A stretch of DNA of 63,674 nucleotides, counting the filler, from Choristocarpus tenellus KU-1152 (lineage: Eukaryota > Protista > Phaeophyceae): the NCBI GenBank assembly GCA_964200185.2. It is 7 parts of 7 records of this genome, joined end to end, with 100 filler letters (N's around TTAATTAATTAA, not from the genome) between each part and the next. Parts side by side here need not be neighbours in the genome. Positions count along the whole stretch, not along the records: positions 27,725 to 54,796 come from CAXNAD020000154.1; 6 more parts are not named here. One strand, written 5' to 3'. The number at the start of each line of letters is the position of its first letter. The first letter of the stretch is position 1. Made by a program: the position numbers and the translations under genes. The notes under the pieces were generated by a model, which was given only the letters and a program-made list of their open reading frames with translations, ran no database searches and was not told the DNA's origin. Of the stretch, positions 28,101 through 38,000 are shown one piece after another.

Positions 28101-28486
28101 CGTTGGCAATTAGCCTCTCTTCTACTTGGTTGAACTCCATGTAGACCCACATCATTAAAGCGCGTTCGGGATCAAACTCTCTCTTCAGCACCGTTATTCT
28201 ATGGTTTCCGTCCAGTGTTCATCCTTGAATGGCAAGCGCAGTTTCAGTGGTGAGCTGGTTCCCGTTGCCTAAGCAGTCTCATTGGATGACGACAGACGGA
28301 GCAAACTGCTCCAGCCAGCATTTTTCACGGATGGACTTGCTGACGCGCGCAAGGCCACACTCGCTCAGGGGACGCACCATCTCCGTGCATGTGATGTTGC
28401 CGAGTAGAGTCTGGGGTGTAGAGCAAAATCCCACTACGGAAATATTTGGACGTTGCTCATGTTCAGTNNNNNNNNNNCGCCATCAT
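28101..28486 (-). pseudogene. ParB/Sulfiredoxin-like N-terminal domain exon with two in-frame TGA
   Basis: MVRPLSECGLARVSKSIREKCWLEQFAPSVVIQ*...G*TLDGNHRITVLKR matches the R....L..SI...G.L.P..V...DGNHR..ALK pattern; ends at AAC G|gtggg. Confidence 0.6.
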
Positions 28487-29488
28487 CTATCGTGCACTCA
28501 TCCGGAAGATCTAGAATCTCCAGGAATCCTGACATACATCCTGGAATGTGCCGAGGTAGTGATGTTCTAGGAGCGAGGAGATTCCCTCAGATTGCTGTAC
28601 CATGATCTCGATCCGTGGGCAGCGCCATCGATGGGCGGGTGGGTTGTTGTTGAGCGAATGCTGGACATGGTGAAGATTGGGAGGGTGTGACGGGGATCGA
28701 AAAATAACAGGTGCGCGTGGTATGTACTGAAGGGAAGGAATTGAAGTGAGGAGTGAGGGCTGGGAGGTGCTGCTTTATTTCATCTGGTCGGTCGGTCCTC
28801 AAAACTCAAATTTCTCTTTCCGTCGATAATTGTCTTACGAAAAATACGAATATCGAACAGCATACGATTTCGTATTGAAAAGAGATAGAGAGTATCAGTT
28901 TTTTGTGACCTTTTTGTTTCGTACGTTTCAAGCGTATTGGATCAATGAAGAATGTGGTTTGTATTTTTATTTGTTGATATAAAGATTAGATTATTATTAT
29001 TATTTCGTAAAAACCCTAACACACGTGTTTTGGCTCTTCATAGTTCTATTGATCCGATTGGATCAATAAAAATCTAGAGCTGCTCTTTGTTGTCTCTAGT
29101 ATTTTTAAGAATCCTAAAGTCGACAAAAAGCGGTTTTAGTATTTACATAAATTGTAGGGTATCAGTTGAAAGTGACCTTTTAGTTTCTGAACGTTGGAAA
29201 CGTGTGAGACCTGTAAAGTACGTGCTTTGTATTTTCAAAAATTGTAAGAACGGTTAAAATAGGATTTACTATTTCTAAAAATCCTAATGCACGTGTCAAG
29301 ATTATGCTTGACTATTTGTGAGAATATGATTTGAAGTATTATTTATGTACGCACAGAAGATTATGCGGGACACTCGGGATGTTTAGACGGGGTATTTGAT
29401 CGGAAGTAATAGACGGAATATTAGAGTCGGAGTGTTTCTGACGGGTAATAGAGAACCGTTGAGTCATTTGGTATTCTGAGTCATTCAA

Positions 29489-29631
29489 TGTTAGGATTGC
29501 TGAGCCCCACCTAGTGCAGGTATCTCACTCTCTTCTCAACTGTGGTACAAACTAATAAACAATAATATAACTAGTTGTGTGGGACAACAGATCGTCAAGG
29601 ACAGCTTAACATGCTATAGCACCTATTAAGC
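29489..29631 (+). mobile_element. Putative 5' LTR of the Copia element
   Basis: TGTTA...TAACA inverted ends, internal AATAAA, about 60 bp upstream of the gag ATG. No 3' LTR available for confirmation. Confidence 0.55.
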
Positions 29632-29692
29632 GTGCTTGCGTAGTTATTATACTTGGATTTTAGCTATCACCAGGAAGGAGTCAAGATAAACC

Positions 29693-30793
29693 ATGATGCC
29701 CAGATCAAGAATCGATTCAAGTCTTAACTCCATTGATGACGGAATGGAAGAACTGACTATGACTCGGGGGGGGGGTGAGATACATGATGGGATATCAGCG
29801 TCGCAAGGGGGCGAGGCTAGGGCTGGGGCAAGTGATACGGTGGCCGTGGGGGCTAGACCCATATTCGCCCCGAAATTGAAACAGTATTCTTCGAAACAAC
29901 CTGCGTTTAAGGGGGAACCAGGGACGTGGAGGAAATGGAGCAAAACGTTTCTTACGCACGCTCTCTCATCGGGATGGAGGGAGCTATTAGTCACGAAAGA
30001 ACATTTGAGGGTATTGTCATTGGAGTATTCCTCGGCGGGTGTGGATCCGTATCTGCACCATGCGACGACGTATGCTATCAATGGACTGCAGGAGGCAACG
30101 GCAGGACCAGCGTTGGACATCGTGCTGACGTACGAGTCACCGAGTGAGGTGTTCGCCACACTGGAGAAGAACTATGCCCATTCAGGCCAGACTGAGAGAA
30201 ATCTGGTGAAAAGGAAAATGATGGACATGGTACTGGAACCTGGAGGAGATCCTGCAAATATTATTAACCGGCAGGAGGCTCTCATAGTGGAGTTGAAGAG
30301 CTTGGGAGGTAACATAACGGAAGAAGATCGAGTGGGTTGGCTTCAAAATTCACTCGGCGAGGAGTATCAGGACATCATGTCCCAGATTGATGATGAAGAA
30401 TCGGCGGAAGGAAGGATTAAATTGGAAAGATTAGTCCTAAAAAGATATAGACTGCGCTCCATTCAAAGAGGATCGGACTCGGCTGGGGTGGGAGCTGGCG
30501 CACTGGTGGCTGGACGACAATCCATACGAAATGGTGGACAACCCAGCTGCTGGGGAAATGGTGGACCTCACTTTCGGTCTAAGTGTCCTCTCATCAAGAG
30601 TCAGAAGGCGAGGGATGGGGGTATTACATGTTTTGTATGCGGGGAAAAGGGACATCAAACCTTCGGATGTCCACAAAGAAAATTGGGAGGGCCAAGGGGT
30701 CAGGAATCTTCGAACATCCAGAAGAAGAAGAATCAGATGGGGGTGAATGGTTCAAAGAACAAGGGAAGCGGATCAAAGTTGGGAATCTTGTGA
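29693..30793 (+). CDS. Copia gag polyprotein with zinc knuckle(s)
   Basis: 366-aa ORF; CFVCGEKGHQTFGC plus a degenerate second knuckle. Confidence 0.85.
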   Translation: MMPRSRIDSSLNSIDDGMEELTMTRGGGEIHDGISASQGGEARAGASDTVAVGARPIFAPKLKQYSSKQPAFKGEPGTWRKWSKTFLTHALSSGWRELLVTKEHLRVLSLEYSSAGVDPYLHHATTYAINGLQEATAGPALDIVLTYESPSEVFATLEKNYAHSGQTERNLVKRKMMDMVLEPGGDPANIINRQEALIVELKSLGGNITEEDRVGWLQNSLGEEYQDIMSQIDDEESAEGRIKLERLVLKRYRLRSIQRGSDSAGVGAGALVAGRQSIRNGGQPSCWGNGGPHFRSKCPLIKSQKARDGGITCFVCGEKGHQTFGCPQRKLGGPRGQESSNIQKKKNQMGVNGSKNKGSGSKLGIL

Positions 30794-33284
30794 TGGAACA
30801 ATTGCAGTTGGAGGTGGTGGAACACTTAACATTGTGGGAAAGAGGGACATCAAATTGGAATGTGTTCTGAGTGGTAAACTGGAAACAGTGGTGTTTACTA
30901 ACGTACTTGTGGTGCCTGACCTTGGTGTGAACTTGTATTCTGCCAAGGCTTGCATGCGAGATGGACAGAGTTTCCGGTCTATTGACTCCACTAGAATATC
31001 GACTTTTAAGGGCAACGGGGAAAGAAATCTCACCTTCACGTCATTGGGGGAGGAGGAATTATTCTCCCTAGGGATGCGCAGAGTGGGTGTGAGGAATAGC
31101 CCCGATTCTACTAATGTCCCTACCACTGATGCAACGTCCATTTCTGGCAAACTAAGCATTCACTTGACCCGGAAAAATGCATCGATGGATATTAATGAGA
31201 TGCATGTACGATTAGGCCATGTTCACCAGGGGATGGTTCGGAAATACGCTCCTAGTCATAATATCTTACTGACTGGGACTTGGGGACCATTTTGTCGAGG
31301 CTGTTCACTCGGAAAAGGACATTGGCATCCAATACCAAAGGAGACTGAGAATCGGGCCTCGGAGAAGGGGGGGCGTGTGTCTGTGGACTTAACAGGACCA
31401 AAGGAACATCCAAGTAAGGGGAAGGGGTATTACTATGCTATGTTCGTGGTGGATGACTACACTCGAATGAGTTTCGGGTATTACTTGAGGACCAAGAGTG
31501 ATCAAACGACATCGTCTGCATTGGAGAGATTCCTAATCGACGTGGCGAAGCCTGCTGAGATAGAGATCAAAGCTGTGCGGACAGACTGTGGGAAGGAATT
31601 TACTGGGGCTGCTTTTGAGTCGATGCTGGAGAAGCACGGCATTCGACACGAGCACACTGTACCAGGTGCGCGTCAGGTACAATGGGGTGGATGAAAGAAG
31701 AATTGCATTGGTTTGGGAAAAGTCACTTGTACGGCGATATGGTGCGAGATTGGAGAAAGATGGGACCTTGTAGGCAGAGGCGATGTCACACGCGATCTTA
31801 CCAACATGGCACCTACATCTGCAAATACTGACGGGGTAACTCCATGGGAACTATGGCACGGACTTCCTGCAGATGTGACCCAAATTGCAATTTCGGGTAG
31901 CCGTGGATATGCCCGCATAGACAGTCGACCCACGAAGTCTTCACCATGTGCTGAACTCTGTTTTATGATGGGTGTTGTACCACTTAACCAATACCCTTCC
32001 CACACTTACCGGATTCTACTGGCACGTAAAGGGCGACTCGTGATGCGCAGGGACATTAGTTGAGAGTTCATGTGGGATAGTAATCTGCATGATGACACCC
32101 GACATCAATCCTCAGGATTACCACTGTGGAGGGGGAAGAATTTTTTCCAGTGATCACGAGTGGGGAAATAACACCTGGGAAATCGAGTGATGAAAAGACT
32201 GGAAATTTTTTGGAGGGAATGGTTGAAGACATTAATGTGGGGGAACACATGGGGTTAGGGAATCCAGAAGAAAAGCAATTGGAGTCTGGGACGAGGATTT
32301 CTGAACAAACCAAAGAGGACGGGGATGTGTCACCTCCACAGCAGGGGAGTGGGAGGCTTGGGTCAAGAGGGCAGTCACAACCCTCTGAACCCAGGATACT
32401 GTCTCGGCTTCGGGAGTATAATATGGGGCCATCACAACCTCCCCTGGCACGGAAGAGAACCACTAGACAAACAGCCTTTGTGTCATACATAAGGTGGAGG
32501 ATATGATTGGTGATGAGTTGGGACTGGGCTGGCCAGGGGATACTCCAGCGAGTGATTTACCTCCAGTACCTCTCACTGTGAAGGAAGCACTTGAGTCTCG
32601 AGAGTCTAAGGAGTGGCTTGAGGCTATCTATGCAGAGATTGATGGATTAATTGCTCAAGGCACGTGGGTCCAGGTTCCAAGACCAACTAATGCAAATGTC
32701 TTAAAAATGAAAAAAAAAAAAATCGAGAAAGGTGAATGTAGTGGGATTGGTGGAACGATGGAAGGCAAGACTGGTAGTATAAGGGTTTCGACAACAGCCT
32801 GGAATTGACTGGCATGAAAAATCCGCACCAACAGCACAAATGTCAAGCCTGCGGACGATTTTGGCTTTGACAGCACGGTTGGGATGGGACCTGAATATGA
32901 CAGATGCAGTGAGGGCTTTCACTAATGCAGACTTGGAGGAAGACTTATATGTGGAGCTGCCAGAAGGGGTTGTGACTGAATTTGATGGGGAAGTTGGGAA
33001 GCTACAGAAATTACTGTATGGGGTTGTACAAACATCACGGAATTGGAATGCTTTGCTTGTGACGTCATTATTGGAGCTGGGACTGGAGCAATGTGAGGCT
33101 GATCTTTGTGTATTTAGATCGATATTGGATGGGGAACTAGTATTGATCATGCTCATTCATGTAGATGACATGCTTACGGCAAGCAAGGGGTCTAAACATG
33201 CTTTGAGTATAGTTCAGGGACTGAACAAGAAGTTCCCAGTGGATTACCTTGGGGAGAAGGAACAGTTTATGGGATGCCGCATAA
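30747..33284 (+). pseudogene. Copia pol (integrase + partial RT), broken by frameshifts and stops
   Basis: ORF pieces 30747-31694, 31713-32063, 32494-32808 and 32840-33284. Protease DSG motif and RNase H not seen. Confidence 0.88.
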
Positions 33285-33464
33285 GGCTCAATGTATCTGG
33301 GAGGGGGTGGTGGCTGTCCATCTGGGGTCAATTTTTTCATGTCGTGATTTTTGGGTGATTTGGTTGGATACATCGGATGGATACTGTAAATGTACTTTTC
33401 CTGATTTTGGTCCAAATGGACACCATGGCGTAGACCCCCCTCCCCCTCCCAGATACTTTGGGTC
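33285..33464. mobile_element. MITE family B copy 1 (no TSD)
   Basis: GGCTCAATGTATCTGGGAGGGGG...CCCCCTCCCAGATACTTTGGGTC; homologous to 48102-48285. Confidence 0.9.
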
Positions 33465-34239
33465 ACTCCTGGCTAGGAACATCAGTTGAAAAATGTTGAG
33501 CAGCTCCCTCTTTAAAAAATCATATTAAACTTTTGCTGCCTGATATTAGCAATGGTCTCACCATTTGTGTCAGATATCACCGCAGATGTTGGCAGTCGTC
33601 CACTACCCATCTCAGTCCACCATGGACTTCTTTCACTGTGGATGTTTCTTGCTGACTGTCCCTCCCCTGTTATTTTTCCAAGCAGGGATGTTGAGTAAGC
33701 ATGCAGTTTACTGCCTCAAGGACCCAATTGATGCTATCATTATTTGTCCCTGATAGGCCTTTACTTGGCAATATAATTGCGAAGTTTATTTGAAAATAGC
33801 AACTAATGCGTGGCTTACGTATGCCAGTGACAATCATCTCTACACGTAGAGTGCCGCTGTCCAGTGCTCTAATCCTCAACCAAATCCCTGAACTATGAGA
33901 ACACGGTTGGTATTGTCGATTCCTAGCCAGTGCATGGGAACATAATTGTAAGTTCTTTATCATGTGCATCTTCCAATAGTACAACTCATACCACCATCCA
34001 CTTCTCTCCATATTCTATCTCTACCTCTATCCAACCACCCCTCACGTAGTCATATGCCTGCCTACCCCTCAAAGACAAAGGAAGTGTAGAGTTGGTTATC
34101 AACGAAAATAATCCCATTGAAAATTGGAGACGACAATGGAACTTGTGCTTTATGTAGAGAACGTTTTTCGATAAAGAGACAGAATGTTTGATGCACCATC
34201 CAATGAGTGCTACTTTTGTGTAGCTCGGAAGATAATGAC

Positions 34240-35049
34240 CTAAGCAAAATATGTGAAAAAATATTTGTACAAAATTCCACAGTGTTGCAATTTCCTCCCT
34301 AATTTCGCAATGTATGTAAATGTTAGGCGGAAACTCTTAGATGCACACATCCTAGACCACCAACCTCCCATGTGGTCGAGTGTGCACCAGGCTGGCGGGT
34401 TGTTTTGACGTAGCTGCAAACCTGATCCAACTTGAACTGCATTGCGGGCAGGTGAACAATCTGACTTTATCCAGGGAGGCATTCCGCCGTCCAGGGACAA
34501 CTTTCGTAGCTTGGGACTTGATGGGGAAAAGTCGCCAGTGAACGATCCCTTCCTCAATTCCATAATGTCTGTCTTCATTTCAGGAGGTTTGCAGGCCACA
34601 ACTGGCGCCCACGGTGGTGGACCTTCCAGAGATTGCCTCCTCCTTCTTGTGAAGCCAGCGTTCAGAGTACCCTCCAGAGAGACTTCTTTGGGGGAATCAA
34701 CAACTCTAGTGATGAGCGGTTTATCTGAGGTTGGCCTTGCCGTGATCCAGTCACTTGCTGGCGATGGGAAGGTGGGAGATTTCCATGCCACAGCAGAACC
34801 TAAAGCGTCTGGACCTCCACCCCATGCTATCCTGAGCCAGCCCAGACCACCAGTCAGAGAGTCTGGGACATTCTTCTTGTTATCAGCCTCCTTGATCCAT
34901 GCCAGTCGATCCTCAGACACTACATCCCTGTGTGCTGCAGACGCATCCTTATGATTCAACTCCACTGCTCCCAGAAAAGCATCCGAAAGTGAGGCCTTGT
35001 CTGTGCTTAGTTCCTGGGGTATAGCATGGACTGACCTTTTGAAGACTTC
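34240..35049 (-). CDS. W-repeat gene exon R (3' boundary uncertain)
   Basis: cctag|GAA, phase 0; LAW, GLGW, SDW, RRQSLEGPPPWAP, RKLSLDGGMPPW. Confidence 0.72.
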   Translation of the reverse strand, partial: EVFKRSVHAIPQELSTDKASLSDAFLGAVELNHKDASAAHRDVVSEDRLAWIKEADNKKNVPDSLTGGLGWLRIAWGGGPDALGSAVAWKSPTFPSPASDWITARPTSDKPLITRVVDSPKEVSLEGTLNAGFTRRRRQSLEGPPPWAPVVACKPPEMKTDIMELRKGSFTGDFSPSSPKLRKLSLDGGMPPWIKSDCSPARNAVQVGSGLQLRQNNPPAWCTLDHMGGWWSRMCASKSFRLTFTYIAKLGRKLQHCGILYKYFFTYFA

Positions 35050-38000
35050 CTAGGACTGTGACTATCTGGGCTAAAAAGTTAATCTCCAAAGTGGAAGTGA
35101 CATTGAAGCATGTTCAAACTTGTACGGAGTTCAAAAAAGTCACATATGAAATAAGAACTGATACCTACCAACTTGCTAGAAAATAAACCAAATTGCGCCC
35201 AGGCAGTGCATAGCTGCGTACACAGAGTTATGCAGACTGTTAGGAGGCGTGAATAAGGAAATATCGCAACCTGAACATCTGAATTGCCTATTGCTCTACA
35301 TTTCACTTCCTCACACAATGAACAGTCAATAAATTTGTACGCTATGTTCCCATTTTGACACCTTTATCTGGCCAGTCACAGGTAGAACATGCCCTGGGAG
35401 CATCCCAGCAACGGCAATCGGTTTTGGTGCCCATGGTGGAGATCCCTCTCCCAAACTAAGCCGTTGAGTTCCTGCAGCCGGTCTGAGAATAGTAGAGGGG
35501 ATGCAGTCATCGGAAGAATGGAAGTGCAGCCAAAACAGTAGTTCACCAATAGTGCCCAAGGGAGAAAATACAACAATGGAGTGAGAAAGTGCAGAGGAAA
35601 TGCAGTTCTTGAATTCAGTAATATAGTGCGGATGAGCTAGAATTAGGAAATTATTCATTTTTCTCCTGCAGCTTTGGCACATATTTTGTACTTGCAAATA
35701 TGTGCTTTGATACTGCTTGTGCAGAGTGAGTGGGGACACATTCCGGGTTCCTAGAGTAGGAGGGCTCAAGCCCTCTCTCACTGAACTTCAATGCCAGCAC
35801 AACCCTGACACAACCGACCCCTGCATCCATGCAGCTTAAGAACGATCCCCATATCTGTAAAATGTACTTTTAGATCGGTTTTGTGCAAATAAACGTTTCG
35901 CTTCATGTTGCTAGGTCACCCAATGCTTCACAATCAAGCTTTGAAGTGATACATATCTTTGAAATTTTTTGTATAAACATAGCAGCACTTCGATGAGTGG
36001 AGTTCTAGCCCTTTCTCAGTACCTGGCAATCTCCCCTGTCTGTTCTTGGTCCTGTCCCTCTTGAACAGCATCTGAAGCTCCAAGATTGTCTGATGCTAGA
36101 TATTGGGACAACCAACTAGCAGAGGGGTTTTCTGAATGGTTGGAGGCTCCATCCTCTTTTGCTTTACAAAGATTTGCCATCCACCTTGGAGGGGTACGGC
36201 CCACTTCCGGACACTTGGTGTTGCTTTTGGAGGGTTTTCCCAGACAACTGGAAGGAAATGTACTGTTCAATGTGTGGTGTTGAGCGACCGACTTGCTGTT
36301 TGACTCTGTAGGCTTAGATTTTCCAATAGCTTCGACCCAGTTCAATCCAACATCCACTGGACTTTCCCTGTCTTCATTTCTTCCACCAGGTTTACTCTTA
36401 TTGATCACCTGTGAGTGAAAGCATCTTAGAGGGTACAAGTTTTACCCTGTTTGTCCGTTACGGGCTTGGTTTCCCACCGGTTTTGATAACATTTTACTTA
36501 CTCCGAAATGTTTTGGAGTAGATAAAATGTGTACGTTATGAAAGGTGTGTCCTGAACAAGGATATTGACACTTCCTAACAAACATAGTCAAAATTTAATC
36601 AAAATCGCGACATTGGATTTTGACCCCAAACGGACGTGGTTCTACCCTCTGAGATACTTTGACTCTGTATCCATGCTAGCCCTCCCAACTCAGATATGTC
36701 TCTGCCAATGTCATTGGATGCTATTAGTAGTTTGGGTAAACTTGCTTCCTCAAATCCATTACATCCGACAACCCAGTCAAGCATATTGTAGGATCTTGTT
36801 GCCTAAGATCGCAGTAGGGAGGGGTCTATTGATTGTCAGTTTTTGCTCAGGTCCAAGAATGTGCACTTCGTTGCCCTTTCATAGTTTCCAACTTTGCACA
36901 CAAAGAGCACACTATTGTTGATATTATGCATAAGACAGGGTATAAGCCTCTATCTGTAGGAAGTCCATCGCATTGGAAGGTAGTGTTGACTACTTGCAGT
37001 AGTTGTTTGGCATAGTGATTCTTGTTGTAGGTTCTAGAACCTACCACAAACCACGAGTATCACACTGCTTTGAGGTACTAATACTAAGTAAGCTTTGGAC
37101 AGAAACAGCAGATTTGATACACTATACCCAACTCAATCTCTTCATGCCGAAGCCACACCACCCAAAACTACTGCGCAGCCTATCAGGCATTCCTTGTCTC
37201 GCCTTTCTCTCCCCTTCCTGCGGTACAGCATCACCCATCTCCAAGTTAGGTTCTTGAACAGGTTTTGGTGCCCATGGTGGGGGTCCTCCTTCTAGACTGG
37301 GGCGTCGTGTGGGGGAGCTGGAAACACATTTGTTGCTAACCCAAGGCTTGGCCGCCCATGGAGGGAGTTTGGTTCTTGATTGCATTGATTCAGATGACAA
37401 AACGGATCTGCAAGTTGTCAAATGATGGGGTTTTGGAGAAGACTGTAATATGGATTTCATTTATATTGACAGCTTGGTTTACCGCGGTTCAATTGCATGT
37501 GTGAGGTGGTTCATAGCAATGTAACCCCCAAATTGTTGTGATGCACTCCTCAGTTTTATTCTTAGGAAAGGGGTAAGTGTGGTGGCACCTGACAGCCTGC
37601 CTGTCCTGTTCTTGCTCTTGAATCTCTTGAACAGCATCAGGAGCACCAAGGCGATCAAATTTCAAAGCCTGTGAAAGCCAGTCACCAGATGATGGTGTGG
37701 TCAAATGATGGAGCGTTCCATGCTCCTCAGAGGAACAATGCCTTACCATCCAAGTTGGAGGGGTTCCCTTTGTTGCACTTCTCACTCCTATTCGACTCTC
37801 AACCCCTGTTGCCGTCTCCTCAATCCAAGCTAAAGAACCACTGGTGATAATTTTTTGGGATTGGGAAAAAGAAATACAGCAATCCCTTACACCTTTGGGG
37901 TTACAAGCAGCTTTGATCCAATCTAGCCCTTCATCAGCAGGGTTTGCATCGAGGCCCGCATCCGTATTATTGGAGATGACCTTGGCTGAATATCGTGTCC

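Larger units (their letters stand above)
29489..33284 (+). mobile_element. Ty1/Copia LTR retrotransposon, frameshifted and 3'-truncated
   Basis: Order gag - GAG-pre-integrase - integrase - RT. HVRLGH..CRGC, VDLTGP, VVDDY, RTDCGKEF, TDAVRAFTNADLEEDLY, LLYG, HVDDML. Confidence 0.93.
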
